From: Squalus acanthias
Lineage: Eukaryota
Assembly (NCBI GenBank): GCA_030390025.1
Contig: JASTWF010000033.1
Location: forward strand, 684,001-748,000
DNA length: 64,000 nt
Direction of reading: 5' to 3'
In this document: in pieces, positions 37,868 to 52,229 of the stretch
How the letters are laid out: every line of letters starts with the position of its first letter
Position numbering within the stretch: the stretch's first letter is position 1
Notes under the pieces: model-generated
What the model saw: the letters and a program-made list of their open reading frames with translations, nothing else
What the model was told of the DNA's origin: nothing
Databases searched by the model: none
Program-made: the position numbers and the translations under genes

Positions 37868-38695
37868 ACTGTGGCAATAAGGCGGTGGCGCGTCTACTGG
37901 CCGTGAACTTCAAGCTCATCGAAATTTCAGTTATGTCTTTCCAATTTCCTTCCTGCTCCACACTCCAGTTTGCAGCTTCATTCTCTACTTGAACGTCGCC
38001 ACCCTGGAAAGTCCGTGCGGTTCATCTTCTCCTTCACCATTGAACGCTCTGCGGCGATATGCTGCTCGGAGTTTACAACGTCGTATTGCACGGAGAGGAC
38101 TGCAGCCGCGTTCTAACAGGGACCACCGACCTGGTCTGTTTAAGTGACAACCTCTGATGCTTTGAACCGGAAGAAATAATTGTCAATTGTGCAGCGGGGT
38201 TATTGCACACGTGTAAAATTCCTTGCATTAACCTCGTGGGCAGCACCTGCCTAGTGAAATCTATGTTTTCCCCTTGATGTCATTTGCTTTGATTTCACTG
38301 TTTAATTATCTGACCGTTAGACTCACGTTGCCGTCCAATCGAGTCCGCAGGGGACTCTGGGTCATAGCAGCGAGAAGGAGAGCGATCCAGAGAGGGAGAA
38401 CCAAAACAGATCGCTCATTTCGCTCTTCACTCTATCGGGTAGTTTTATCTTCTGGTGGTTGACGGCTGCTGTAAGCTTTAGCTGTCAAAATGACCGCCAG
38501 CGCTCATTACCAAGGCGATTACACCAACCCGAAATATATCCCGACTCGAACCAGGTTCATGTTCATGTATTCGAGTTCCTGCACGAACCCGTGCATTTTG
38601 GATCTACTCTGACCAAATACAGAGAAAAGCTGAAGATTTTGCTGATAATTCCCTGGAGACTAAATCTCAGACTTGTTAAAAGATGGCACAATTAA
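37868..38695 (+). pseudogene. GPR139/142-like GPCR pseudogene (exon 2 homologue, 5' end missing)
   Basis: Frameshifted translation FSFTIERSAAICCSEFTTSYCTERTAAA, LISLFNYLTVRLTLPSNRVRRGL, GHSSEKESDPE, SSSCTNP, TKYREKLKILLIIPW aligns with the intact GPCR at 11543-12435. Confidence 0.88.
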
Positions 38696-39899
38696 TTCAG
38701 TCAAACCAAAATTTTATCTCCAACTCTGGAGCTCAGTGTCAGTTCTTGTTGCAGCTTAGAATAGTTTACTGTTCAATAACAAATTAGGATGGTTCTTGTA
38801 AACAATATCAGGTGACCGAAAATATTCCCTTTATGTAGCCTGTGATTGATGTCGGCATTGCTGTTGGGTATTTGTATTTCAGAGTGACCGATATATACCT
38901 TTCTCGCTAAGGTTTCAATTGAATAGGCACCAGTGAGATGTATTGATGAAATAACATATTTTTGAAGAAGAGATAATGGACTTCTAATGCATGCCCAGCA
39001 ATTTAGATTTAACAGATTCATTGTCAAATCAAGCTTTCTGTAAGGCAGAACCAATGTCGTATTTTTCCTCGTGCCTCGGGGAGATTTCTGCAGGCGTCGG
39101 AATCACCTTCAGCCGCAACTCCCTGCTGTTTCTGGGCCACGTGGAATAGGGCACGTGTTTCCTGATAAATGTCCTAATGATGCCAAACATTGGGAACTCC
39201 GCTCTTAAATCTGTTGTTTGTCTGTTTCGATATGAACGAGGAATCACGATTGGTGATGAAAAGTTGTAAGCTAATCTTCGAAATTCAAATTGAGCTGTTC
39301 ACCCGTTTCTGAATCCATACAGAGTAATATATTTTTCTGAACTAGACCCATACATGAGCAAGATTCATGTAACTATGATTGATTGATAATGCAAGTAATA
39401 ACTTTGAAAATTAATTTCAGATACTGGAGATAAAATTGAGATTTTGCTTAATAGTCAGACTTGTGGAGCTTCTGCGCATTGTTACAAAGATTGCGTGTCG
39501 CCCTGATCAATTATTTAACTCTTATTATTTCTCTTATCAGTGCGGGGTTTGATTACATTCCGGAATAGTTATACAATTTAAAAGCACATTGCATTCGAAA
39601 GTTCCCTGATAACACACTGTCACTAGATTTAAAACATACTGCCGCCTGCACAAGTCAATAGAAACAGGCGCACTGTGTCAAGTACTACTGTGAGCAACAT
39701 GGTGATAAAGGGAATCTGCCTGCTCTATAGCCGAAAACTGGTCTTAAACTCGAGAATTATTTCATAGAGGTAACAAGTAAAGCTTAGAAAACTTTGTCAT
39801 TTATCATTTTTAATATTGTTCCAAATAAGAATTGCTAAAAAGCAACAGCTTTGTTCAATCACTAATTGTTTGTAGCCGTTGTTCTTTCACTGAGCCCTT

Positions 39900-41300
39900 T
39901 ACCAAGATACGAATAATGGCGAACAGGTAAAGACCCTCTGGTCCATCCAGCCTGTCTCACGCAACTGTGATACCTTGTGTATCAAAATATATATACTCTG
40001 CACCCCACCAGTCGGCGGCCTGTTCCAGAGGTAAACTATTCACTGGCATCTAACCTAGATCTAGCCTTATACAATTTACAATTGTAATCCCTGGTCCTCC
40101 CTAATCTATTTAATTGGAACAATCTGGCAGCTAGAACACAATCTATTCGCTTCACCATCTTATAAAGCTCAATCAGATCACCCCCTCAGTTACGGCTTTT
40201 CTAACGTGTAGTGTCCCAAATAATTTAGCCTATCCTGATAACTAAGATGCTTTACTCTGGGACTTAGTCGACTGTCCCTCCTCTGCACCCTTTCCAAAGC
40301 CTCAGTATCGCCCACCATGTGAGGAGACCAAACTGGGCACAGTATCGCTGACCAAGGTCTTCTGCAAGGACAAAATAGTATACCTTATCTTGTAATCAAT
40401 TCTTCAGTAAATTCTCTATTCTATTAGCTATCGCTTCACTGCATTGCTCGTGTACTTTTATAGATGTGTGCATTCGAATGCCCTGATCTCTTTCTTTCTC
40501 CATCTTCTTTAACACATTTCCCTGAAGGGTATATCTAATTTAAGCATCCGTCCGGCCCACGTGCATAGAACGGCACGGGATCAAATGGCCTCCTTCTGTG
40601 CTGTAACAATTCTATGAATCTATGCTGGGCGTTCCTAATATGTCTTTCCAAACAATCATTTATTGCATCGCTAATGATTCCCACAAGCATCTTTTCTGTT
40701 ACTGATGTCAAACTAATGGGCATATAGTTACCCGGGTCCGTCTCGCCACCTTGTTTTAAAGATTGGGACTGCATTAGCCTCCTTCCAGTCTACGGGAACC
40801 ATCCCAGAGTGCAGACAGCTACAAAAAATATGGCTCGCACAGCACGTGCCCCATCTCCCTGAGGACCCTCGACTGGATATCATCCCACCAGCCTGCTCTG
40901 TCAACTTTAAAGTTATTAAATCTATATAAAGCTATATGTTCATTTATATTACTCATAGTATTATTATATAAATCATTCAATTCTAATAGTCGAGCCAAGT
41001 CTTCAAGATTGAGGACCGATGCAAAGTGATCATTTGTTATTTCTCCAGACCCAGTGAGTCCGTTGTAAGGTGACCTTGACCATCCTTCAATGGCACAATA
41101 CAGATTTTCACAGTTCGCAGTCTTCACATCACTGAAAAAACTTCACCATAACTTCCACAATTATCTACCATCATCTTTTCCATGACCCTTTTAGTTGATC
41201 TTATAGCAACCTTCGTTTTCTATAGTTTTTACTTTTACTCAACTCTGTTAGGTCCGTTTTAGACTCCTTTAATTTTTGCAAACATGTTTCTACCTGATAC
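39900..41300 (-). mobile_element. Decayed CR1-clade LINE of a different subfamily
   Basis: ORFs 40535..40774 (PGNYMPISLTSV) and 40819..41127 (NDHFASV). Confidence 0.7.
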
Positions 41301-41530
41301 ACTGCCAAAGTGCAATACACAGACTTAAGTGAATACAGAAGCTACGGCAGCTGACCTGGGATTAACTGAATTAAAGGTGTGAGGGAAAGTATATCATTCG
41401 CGCTGTATAACACCCTGAGGAACATAAAACAATAATAGTGACATTATCAGTCAAATTGAATATGTTCGAACCACAATAATAATACAAAAATGCAACAAGT
41501 AAGGAAAAGGTTCTATCTTACAGTTGTCAG

Positions 41531-41814
41531 TGTAACGAGGGAGAAACCTTTTGAAGCACCCTCCAGACTGAAATAGTTCAACAGGAAGCACCTGGAGGAG
41601 TAGGCGGATGCAGTCGATACAATGGAGCAGTGCGAGGTGGCCGTTGTTTGTAACGCCGACTAGCTATATAAAACCAAACAGCCATTCCAGCTAAACAGTC
41701 TGTGGTAGAACACTCAGGTATATAAGTGATCACCTGTTACTGTTTTCAATAACTTAGGTTCTTCAGTACCAGTGTCGTAGGATTAAAGCCAAACTCCCCT
41801 CCATAAAGGTTACA
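41531..41814 (+). mobile_element. Possible short solo LTR
   Basis: TGTAAC...GTTACA termini, internal TATATAAAA and ATTAAA; no TSD. Confidence 0.3.
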
Positions 41815-42092
41815 TTTAACTGCTCTAGAAAGCGCCGATATTAGAAAATCAATTACAGATGAAACTATTTGAATCCAGTCAGTTCAAGGTAACAGTCCCA
41901 AATTAATGCCTCACACCAGTTACAGACCCCAGGACAAGGAGTCCTTTGTGACGAGGCACTTTGAACATTAATTAATAAATACACTGGATGGGACTAGTTT
42001 CAGTTGGACCAGTAGACTGGCACTGGCTAGTCCAAGGCGGGCTTTGCCCAATGTGATACAATGCAGCATGCTTCACAACTGTTACTGACCCA

Positions 42093-42174
42093 GAGGCGAA
42101 TCCGGGCTGGAATCCGTGCCAGCACAGCCCAATGGATCAGGAGCGCAGCAGCTTAACCACTTGGTCACCGTAAG
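42093..42174 (-). pseudogene. Highly decayed tRNA-Ser(GCT)-like pseudogene
   Basis: Ungapped ~47/66 match to vertebrate tRNA-Ser(GCT), recalled from memory: GGTGACCAAGTGGTTAAG...ATCCATTGGGCTGTGC...GGATTC. Confidence 0.6.
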
Positions 42175-43341
42175 CAAACTGGGGTGAATTTGAGCCGGAT
42201 CAGTGGAATGACTCCGGACTCGACCAATGGCACTAGAACGAAATCAACGCTTCAACTGTTTCTTCTCTTAGGAGGAGGGCACGACTCCTATACGGCTATA
42301 GTGACCATCCGCTCAAATAGAGATGTGTACAAAGCGGAATTAATTCATAATCCGTTTTTTTATTATCTCTAAAGTGATCAATGGCCTTCTATAGCCAGGG
42401 GTCCGGGATGGCCATTGGATTGGGAACTGTCTTTATTATGTAAAATTTTAGTTTCCTGACATTCTTTTTGAATCATCGGATGCAGAGCCCACATCAGCCG
42501 AAAAGTTTTTTTTGACGTAAATAAAGATTGTGTCTTAATAAAGCGATATGGTGATTAAACTAGATATGGTCCAAAAAAAGCAACCACACAAGCAGGTGAG
42601 GATAGATTAACTGTCAAAACAAATCAAGGCCAGCAAAGAGGAGAAGTTCTGAGAATAAATTCTCAGCAAGATGTGGTCTGGACCCAGCTATTACATCACG
42701 AGCAATTCACCAGCAAGACGGGTACACGTGTGAGTGCTCTGCGAAAAGAATAGTCAAACCTTGAACATTCCTCAGATTGCAGAAAGCCTACATCCGTCCA
42801 ATCCTGCTGAGTATCCATAGAGCCTAACGCGCCTTGAGTCAGCCACTCAGTAAAGGGCAGCACATTATCGAAAACTGAGCTAAAAAAGTCTCCCATGCTA
42901 TATTTGTTCAAACTCTCTGCACATTATGGAATCCAAACCCTGGACATAAAGCTCCTTAGCCTCCACCAGAGATTTTTTCAGAGAGAAAAAGAGATCATTA
43001 TTTTGTAAATATTGCAACTCTGCACTGTGGGCGTGCAGCAGGCCGGGCCGATTTGACAATATTCAGTCAAAGAGAGGATCCTGCTAGATAGAGTCAATCG
43101 TACTTAATCGTACTTAATCCAAACAAACATGAAACCAGATTTACACATTCATGAGTACATGAAGTGCAAAATATTGTTGTAAAACGGGAACAATCCATGG
43201 ACGTGACTATAAATCTCCCAATATTACTAATAAAGCTGTCTCTCCTTCATTCTCACTTTCCATTGCCAGCTGGACACATCCCTGCCAAAGTGAACACGGG
43301 CCTGGGAAAGAATGTTCACTGAAAAATAACATGCAGGTGTA

Positions 43342-43452
43342 CTGACAAACAGTAGGTCAATAACCTGAAACCTGATGGTGCCTGACCTGCTGAGTATTTC
43401 CAGCATTTTCTGTTTTTATTTCAGATTTCCATGATCTGCAGTATTTTGCTTT
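43342..43452 (+). mobile_element. Penelope-like terminal remnant
   Basis: CCTGACCTGCTGAGTATTTCCAGCATTTTCTGTTTTTATTTCAG, reverse complement of 729-800 and 59745-59825. Confidence 0.55.
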
Positions 43453-43574
43453 GGGATATTCAGATCACCTGAATGAAACAATAAATAAGGGAACTATAAT
43501 ATCGACCAATCAACAGCAATTCAGCATCAACTCAGCACAAGTCTCAGGCAATTCCACACCGGCCACCCCAGAAA

Positions 43575-46460
43575 ATGCTTTGTGACTACCATCTGCGGAC
43601 TGGTGCTTATTGGAAGATTTCCCCTGCAGATTGCTGAAGCAACAGCCTGATACAGATTTTTTTACAAAGCAATCTCCCAGACTACTGCATGAGTTGTGAG
43701 AGCACTGACAGGATGGAGTAACCTACTTGATCACATCTTCAATAACGCACCTGTCAGAGACCCGTCTGTGGACGATTGCATTAATCGGTGTAACCACCAA
43801 ACAATCCTTCTATTGACAAGGCTTGCACTCCACAATGCGAACACCCTCTGTTGTGCAGTGGTACCAGTGAAGCAATAACTAGTAGCCAGATACTGGGCGT
43901 CCATAAGGTGCTGTGGGCCCTTCACAAACGCAGAATTATATCACACGACAATGGCTGATCTCCTGACATATAAGATCCTACAATCTACCGCCACTATACA
44001 GTCAAAACTCCAGCTATGGGTTTAATTGGGGAAAATTAAATAACGTGACAGGAACAAGAGCATTGAAACTGAGAATGAGGCACTAACTTAGTGAAACTAC
44101 CAATAAAACCAAAACGCCAAAAGCAGCGAGTTGCAAATCGAGTTAAAGGGTTCCAAAACCAAAGGATATGAAGTAAGCTTGCACTGCCTGTCACATCCAA
44201 TTATTAATGGTGTTGGCGACAGGATATTATCAGGCAGGGGCGGGTCCAAGAACACCCCAGTGATCGAGACAGGGCTGCAGTGTTCGAAGCAGATTCAGCC
44301 AAAAGTGCAATTTTAACGAGCAAAGGTGTTTCCCATAAGCATTCAGACCAGCGTCAAACCAATGGAGATCTCCCCACGTGACATTAGGAAGCTGTGGAAC
44401 ACACTGGCCACAGAGATGATGGGTCCTAACAACATCCTAGTTAAGATCATAAGAATATAAGAAATAGGATCAGGTGTCTGCCATTCGGCATTTCAGTAAC
44501 ATCATTGATCATCATCTACCTCAAGTCCACCTTTCGCACTCTCCCCATATCCCTTGGTTCCCATATTAAAAAAAAATCTATCGCCTTACTGAATATACTC
44601 AACAATTGAGCATCCACAGCCCTCTGAGTTAGATAATTCCAAGGATTCAGTTCCCTTTGAATGAAGAAATTACTCATCTAAATCCTAAATGACCGACCAC
44701 TTATTCTGAAACAGTGACAATTATTTCTAGACTCCCCAGCCAGGGAAAAGAGCCTCTCAAGATTTTCCCTGTCAAGCCTCTTAAGAATTTTATACGTTTC
44801 TCTGAGTTTACCTCTCATTCTTCTAAATTCTAGGGAATATATGGCTAGTCTCCTCAATATCTCCTCAGAGGACAACCCCCCCCCCCCCGCCCCGCTATCA
44901 CAGTAATCAGTCTAACGGACCTTCTTTCCACTCCCTCTAAGACAAGTATATCCTTCCTCACGTAAGGAACACAAAAACTGTATACAATACTCTAGGTGTG
45001 GTCTCACCAAGGCCCTATATAATAGAAATGAAACTTCCGTCCTCCTGTACTGCAATCCTTTTGTAACAAAGGCTAATTTACCATTTGCGTTCCTAATTGA
45101 TTGCTGTACCTGTCTGTTGTTGTGAAGACCTGCCTAACACAGTTAACCACCCCCACCATAGCCAGTCTATTCCGGTACAGCTGTGTGACTGGTATACCTG
45201 ATAACGTAGGAAATTTTCCACGTATATTCAACGCATTGGAAAATGACACAATTTACCGAGCCAATTATTGCCCGATTAATACCTTAATAATCATCAAAAC
45301 AGTGATGGAATTACTCAATTGTAGAGCCATTCAGTGTCACCTACAGAGCAATATTCGACTCAGCAACATTCAGTTCCTGCTCAGCCAGGATCTCTGAGCT
45401 CCAAGCATCAGCACAGCCTCGATCCAGACCTGGATACAAGAGAAAATGCGACACGAGATATGAGAGTAACGTCCGGAGAGCTGGTGCAGAATTCTACTGA
45501 GGACGACATCAAGAAGCCCTGTTAAAAAATAGGTCATAGTTAACCGGGTTCTAAGGGAATCCTGTTCAGTAAAATGGTCATGGCTGCTGGAGGCCAAGCA
45601 TCACAATTATCGCTGCCGGACTTTCACAGGACAGCACCCTTGGTTCGGGACAATCATAAATGACATTCGCTCTGTCATAACGTCAGGAATCGGTCTGTTC
45701 TCTGTTAATTCAACAGTGCCCTGCTCCATTTACAACTCCATAAATAATGAAGCAGCCCAGGACAGCCTATTTCAGGACCAGAACATTTTCCAGGCGTGTG
45801 CTAACAAGAGGCAGGTATCAGTTGTGCCATGTCAGTGCCGGCAAATACCAGATCCAACAGAAAAAGTCACAACAAATTGCTCCAACATTTTCCGGCAACT
45901 AATCACCTACTGCCGCCCCATCAACATCCTGGAAATGCCCATTGACCACAAGATTAACGGCACCTGCTGTATTAACACTGCAGGTGACGGCAGAGACTGG
46001 GTTCTCCACGATAAGTGTCTCTCTTCCTGGTCTCTGAAAGCCTCTTCACTAGGCCTCAAGTAAGGAATGTGATGGAATAACCCCACTTGTTTAAATGGAT
46101 ACACCCACAACACCACTCATAAAGCTCGGCGTCATCCAGGACAAAACATTCTCCTTGATTCTTAGTCCATAATATCCACCCCGTCCACCATCAGTGCACT
46201 ATTGCTGCAGTCTGTATTATCCACAGCAACTCACCAATCTTAACTTGACATCACCGCTCAGACCAGCTCTCTCTATCACGGATAAGGATAAGAGCAGCAA
46301 AGTCTTGAGATACCCGCTGCTCCAATGTCCCCTGTAAGTTACAGGCCATCCTGACTTGGACAGATATAATGGCTCCTTCATCGTTGCTGAATCAAAATCC
46401 TACAATTGCATTGGTATCACAATCCAAACAGCAACGTCAACACAAGGATTGCAGCGGTTC
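43575..46460 (+). mobile_element. Old LINE family B copy interrupted by a minus-strand CR1 3' fragment (~44447-45112)
   Basis: Diverged endonuclease-RT order (RANYCPI), 3' end similar to 7095-7330; CR1 piece carries YSLEFRRMRG. Confidence 0.65.
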
Positions 46461-47199
46461 AAAAAGACCAACCAGGACCTATATGAGGCAGCGAAAGACA
46501 AAAGATAAAACCATCGGGTAGAATGAGAAACAATGGAATTTTTTTAATATGGGGATTTGTGAGCAAAAATAAAGGAATATTGAAGAGAAACATGAGGCAG
46601 CTGCTCGCCTGGTATTGTAGGAGCCATTTTCCCAATCGGTAACTACATTCGGTGAAGATAATAGCAGAGGGACTCTGTTCTTTATGGGGGATTATGCGCA
46701 CACTTAGTGTGACGCTGGGGTACTTAGAATAGCTTTGATGTGTCCTTTCTGGTGAGTGGGGAACCAGACATTTAGCAGAATGGAGAGGGAAACAGGGAGG
46801 ATAATCAGGTATAGAAGAGATGGAAAGGGAAGGATAAGGAGCATCAGATATAGAACCAGAGGTCGAACGGATGCATGGGCTGAATCAGGAACCGTGCAGG
46901 AGAAAAGGAAGGTAAAGTGGAGAATTAATAGGTAGCAGTTGGGGGAGGGAAGGAAACACCAGGAACAGAAAAGGTGGGGAAACTGACATAAAGCACTGCA
47001 AGGAGCGGCACGGAGAAGGAGGAAGAAAAATCAGACACAAGGGAGTCAGGAGATATATTAGGTCGTTTTATCATTTATGTTAAATGCAAATTCTTATTCT
47101 GAAATTCATTAATTTTTCAGCGTGTCTCAGTCACATAATGAATTGAATCCGCCGACAGATTCTTATACAATGAAATGAAAAAATGAATTTACAGCACCA

Positions 47200-48250
47200 C
47201 CAATAAAAGTAAACTGGTCAATGTTACCAAACATTCTCTTGTTTATCGCACACATTTGCTGATTCAGTTACATTAAGTGAAACCCGGACTTTAATACTGA
47301 TGGTTGTGAACAACATTATCAAGGCCGAGACTGTTACTCATTTACTGGAGACTATCTCCCGGATTTTATAATCATTGCTCTGTTGCTGATAAATGACCAT
47401 CATTAGAAACTAAGCTGTAACTGGTCATGTGATGAGAACTGTGAACTCCATGTCAATACCGATCAGGTGAACATTGTAATAAGACTGATTCCCAGATGAA
47501 TAGAGCCAGGATCCGTTGAATTACATTTACACAGAGTTATAATCGGTTCAAAGAAAGAGCTAATGATCGAAAGGGAAGGTAATTCCAAAACATTAACATG
47601 TGAACTCCGAGAGCTCACCGTGCCCTTCCCTCTGATGTTTGATCCCAATAATCTAACAGCGATCTTTATCCCTTGCTATCTGTGCCCTTTTATACTCCGA
47701 TAACAAGCAGCTTTTATGCTGAGCAATAAAATCGAATTGAGGACACGGAGATGCACCAGGCTACAGAACTCGGTCTCTCTGCGGGGTCATTTGAAATGCA
47801 GATGGAAGAGCTGCGGGAAAGTTTAGTAATTGTTATCGCAATTGCTTTTAATGACATTGGCTAAAACGTCAGTAATTATTCAGTTCAATTCAATCCAAAT
47901 AAAATCGTGTGTGATTCAGTTTGAGCTCTGCATCAGAGAACAGGGTGGGGAGAGATTGTACTGATCAGGCTGAAGGTGGTGTTTTTGACTTTGATGTGTA
48001 ACTGATATTTATCTAGTGTGTGTTCATTAACCTGCAGAACCCACAACGCTAACCTACCCAGAATCGTTGGAATCATAATCAGGAGCAGCAGCGAAATATC
48101 ATGGCCCGGAATAAACAGAACACCATTATTGCATTTTAATGCAGCGAAATTTCCGTTTATGTTTATAAAAGTTCAAAGCTAACATAATTGATCAGGTAAC
48201 AAAAGATGATTATTCAGAAATTAATTTACGGGGAGATGCCTCATTTAAGA
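47200..48250 (-). promoter_or_regulatory. Triplicated promoter/5'-exon-like cassette, copy 1 (continues at 52098-52215 after a CR1 insertion)
   Basis: Colinear with 56990-58115 and 60690-61545; minus-strand TATAAAAGG (47686-47694), GATA motifs and donor-like G|GTGAGC at 47619/47618; function inferred. Confidence 0.5.
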
Positions 48251-48259
48251 ATATAAAAA

Positions 48260-51200
48260 ACAGAAGAATTCGGATCAGGAGTAGGAGCAGGAGTAGGCCA
48301 TACGGCCCCTTGAGGCTGCTCTGCCATTCAAGAAGATCATGGCTGATCATCGATCTCAACTCCACTTTCCTGCTCGATATTCACATCCCTTCATTCCGAG
48401 AGAGAGCAGAAATCTAACTATCTCGGCCTTTAATATACTCAGTATTCAGCATCCACAGCCAATTGTGGAAGAGAATTCGAAAGATTCACAACCCTCTGAG
48501 TGAAGAAATTCCTCTTCATCTCAGTCTTAAATGGCCTAAATAAAGGAAACTACGATGGTATGAGGCGCGACGTGGCTAGGATAGTTGGGGAACGTTACTT
48601 AAAGGGTTGACGGTGGACAGGCAATGGCAAACATTTAATGATCGCATGGATGAACTACAGAATTTGTTCATCCCTGTTTGGCTTAAAAATAAAACAAAAA
48701 AGGTGACTCAATCGTGACTAACAAGGGAAATTATGGATAGCATCAGATCCAAGGAGAGGACATATAAATTGGCCAGAAAAAACAGCAAACCTGAGGATTG
48801 GGAGAAGTTTAAGATTCAGCAAAGGAGGACAAAGGAATTATTAAGAGACGGAATATAGAGTATGAGAGTAAGCTTTCAGGGAACATAAAAACTGACTGTA
48901 AATGCTTCTATAGATATGTGAAGAGAAAAAGATTGGTGAAGTCAAGCGTAGGTCCTTTGCAGTCAGATTCAGGGGAAATTATAATGGGGAACAAAGAAAT
49001 GGCCGACCAATTAAATACATACTTTGTTTCTGTCATCAAAAGGAGGACACAAATAACCTTCCAGAGATGTCAGCGAACATAGGGTCCAATGAGAGGGAGG
49101 AACTGAATGAAATCAGTATTTGTAGGGAAATAGTGTTAGGGAAATTGACGGGTTTGAAGGCCGATAAATCCCCAGGGCCTGATAATCTACATCCTAGGAT
49201 ACTTAAGGAAGTGGCCCTAGAAATAGTAGATGCATTGCTGGTCATCTTCCAAAATTCTATAGACTCTGGAACAGTTCCCATGGAGTGGATGGGTAGCTAA
49301 TGCAACCTCACTATTTAGAAAAGGTGGTAGAGAGAAAAGGGGGAATTATAGACTGGTAAGCCTGATATCGGTAGTGGGGAAAATGCTACAGTCCATTATA
49401 AAAGATGTAATAGCAGAGCACTTGGAAAACAGGGAAAGGATCGGACGAAGTCAACATGGATTATACAAAAGGTAAATCATGCTTGACTAATCTACTGGAA
49501 TTTTTTTGGAGGATGAAACTGGTAGAATAGAAAATGGAGAACCAGTGGATGTGATGTATTGGGACTTTCAGAAGGCTTTTATTAGGTCCCGCATAAGAGA
49601 TTAGTGTGCAAAGTTAAAGCACATGGGACTGGGGGTAAGGTACTGACTAGGATAGAGAACTGGTTGGCAGACAGGAAGAAAAGAGTTGGAATAAACGGTT
49701 TTTTTTACCGAGCGGCAGGCAGTGATTAGTGGGGTACCGCAGGGATCGGTGCTAGGACCCCAGTTATTCACAATATATATTAATGATCTGGACGAGGGAA
49801 CTAGATGTAATATCTCCTAATTTGCAGACGGCACAAAACTGTGTGGGCGTGTGTGCTGTGAGGAGGATGCAGAGAAACTGCAGTATGATTTGGACAGCTT
49901 GTGTGATTGGGCAGATGCATGGCAGATGCAGTATAATGTGGATAAATGCGAGGTTATCCACTTTGGTGGCAAAAACAGGAAGACAGATTATTATCTGAAC
50001 GGCAATAGATTGGGAAAAGGGGAAGTGCAACGAGACCTGGGTATCCTTGTGCACCCGTCGCTGAAGGTAAGCATGCAGGTGCAGCAGGTGCTTAACAAGA
50101 CAAATGGTATGTTGGCCTTCAAAGCGAAAGGATTCGAGTACAGGAGCAAGGATGTCTTGCTGCAGTTATACAGGGCCATGGTGAGACCACACTTTGAGGA
50201 TTGTGTGCAGTTTTGGTCGCCTTATCTGAGGAAGGATGTTCTTGCCATGGAGGGAGTTCAGCGTAGATTCAACAGATTCATACCTGAAATGGGAGGAATG
50301 ATGTATGAAGAGTGATTGGGTCGATTAGGCTTATTTTCGCTAGAGTTTAGAAGAATGAGAGGGGATCTCATTGAAACTTATAAAATTCTAACAGGACTAG
50401 ACAGACTAGATGCAGGAAGGATGTTCCAGATTTCGGGGGAGTCCAGAACCAGGGGTCACAGTCTAAGGATAAGGGGTAAGCCATTTAGGACAGAGATGCG
50501 TAGGAAGTTCTTCACCCAGAGTGTGGGGAACCTGTGGAATTCTCTAGCACAGAAGGCAGTTGAGGCCAATTCATTAAATATATTCAAGAAGGAGTTAAAT
50601 ATATTTCTGAAAGCTAAACTGACCAAGGGATATGGGGAGAAAGCAGGGACAGGATACTGAATTTGAATGATCAGCCATGATCTCATTAAATGGCGGAACA
50701 GGCTCGAGAGGCCGAATGGCCTACTCCTGCTCCTATCTTCTATGTTTCTATGTTACCCCTTATCCTGAGACTATGCCCGCGAGTTCTGGACCCTCCAGCC
50801 AGGGGAAGCAAACACTCAGCATCTGCCCTGTCAATCCCCCTCAGAATCTGTGTGTTTCAATGAGGTCACGTCTCATTCTGCTAAACTCCAGCGATTATAG
50901 CCCCAATCTAATCAATCTTTCCTCATAGGACAACCCTATGCCTCGAAGGGAAGTATATCATTACTCAGATAAGGGACCAAAACTGTGTACAATACTCCAG
51001 GTGTGGTCTCACCAATGCCTTGTACAATTGAAGCAAGACTTCCTTACTGTTGTACTCCAACCCGCTTGCAATATGCCTTTGCTTTTTTAATTGCTTGCTG
51101 TACCTGCATGCTAAATCTCTGTGTTTCTTGAATGGGGACACCTAAGGCAGTCTGAACACCAACATTTAATAGTTTTGCACCATTTGAAAATTATTCTGTT

Positions 51201-52095
51201 TTTCTATTCTTCCTACCAAAGTGAATAACCTCACATTTTTCCATATCATATTCCATTTGCCACCTTATTTCCCACACTCTTAACCTGTTCATATCCCTTT
51301 GCAGGCTATATGGCAGGAATTTTGCGTGGGGTCAGTGGGCGCGATTGGTGGCGGGTCGGGTGCGAAAGTGTTTTTTTTTGACAGCGGGTCCAAATATATT
51401 ACATCCACTGTTTCCCTGTATCTACCCTGCTAGTTGCATCCTCAAACACCACTAATACATTTGTTAAAAATGATTTCCCTTTCATATAACTATGTTGATT
51501 CTGCCTAATCATGTTAAGATTTGCTAAGTGCTCTGAAACCACTTCCTTAATAATGGATTCCAGAAGACTAACTGACCTGTGGTTCCTTGTTTTCTCTTCC
51601 CCCTTTCCTGAATAGCGGGGTTACATTTGCTACCTTCCAATCTGCTGCGACCCTTCAAGGATGTAGGGACATTTAGATGATCACAGCCAATGCATCTACT
51701 GCCTGTGCAGCCACCTTTGTATTAGATCAGTAAGATGTGGGCCATCAGGTCCAGGGAATTCGTCGGCTTTTAGCCATGTTATTTTTTCAAGTACTTTTTC
51801 TGTACTGATATTAAGTTCCTCATGCTCATTAGGCCCTTAGTTTTCCGCTATTTTTAGTATGCTATTTGTGTCTTCTACTGTGAAGACAGGTATAAAATAT
51901 TTGGTCAAATCTCTGCCATTTCATTATTTCCCATTTTCTGCTGTCTCAGCCTCCAAAGGACCAATGCTTGCATTTGCTGCTGTCTTCCTTTTTACGTACC
52001 TGTAGAAGCACTTGCAATTTTTATATTTTTCTTGCAAGTAAACTCTCATTTTCTATTTTCTCCCTTTTTTATCAATTTTTGGCCATCATTTGCTG
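48260..52095. mobile_element. Minus-strand CR1 (48260-48535 and 50755-52095) with a nested plus-strand CR1 (48536-50754) of the same subfamily as 2470-6974
   Basis: Host sequence AAATGGCC|..|ACCCCTTATCCTGAG rejoins across the insert; inner ORF pieces are near-identical to 5134-6874. Confidence 0.88.
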
Positions 52096-52229
52096 GTAAA
52101 GAGAATAAAACTGTCAAGTCCAATTTCACACGCTAAAAGTCTGCTTCTGTAAAGAGCATTCAAGTACATTTATAATTTATTACACGCTTCGCAACAAAGA
52201 GTTAGAGGTCGATACCAAAGAAATTTGCA

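Noticed and set aside
37860..38170. Minus-strand LAMP-like peptide
   Set aside because: The plus strand is clearly the GPCR pseudogene; the resemblance is coincidental
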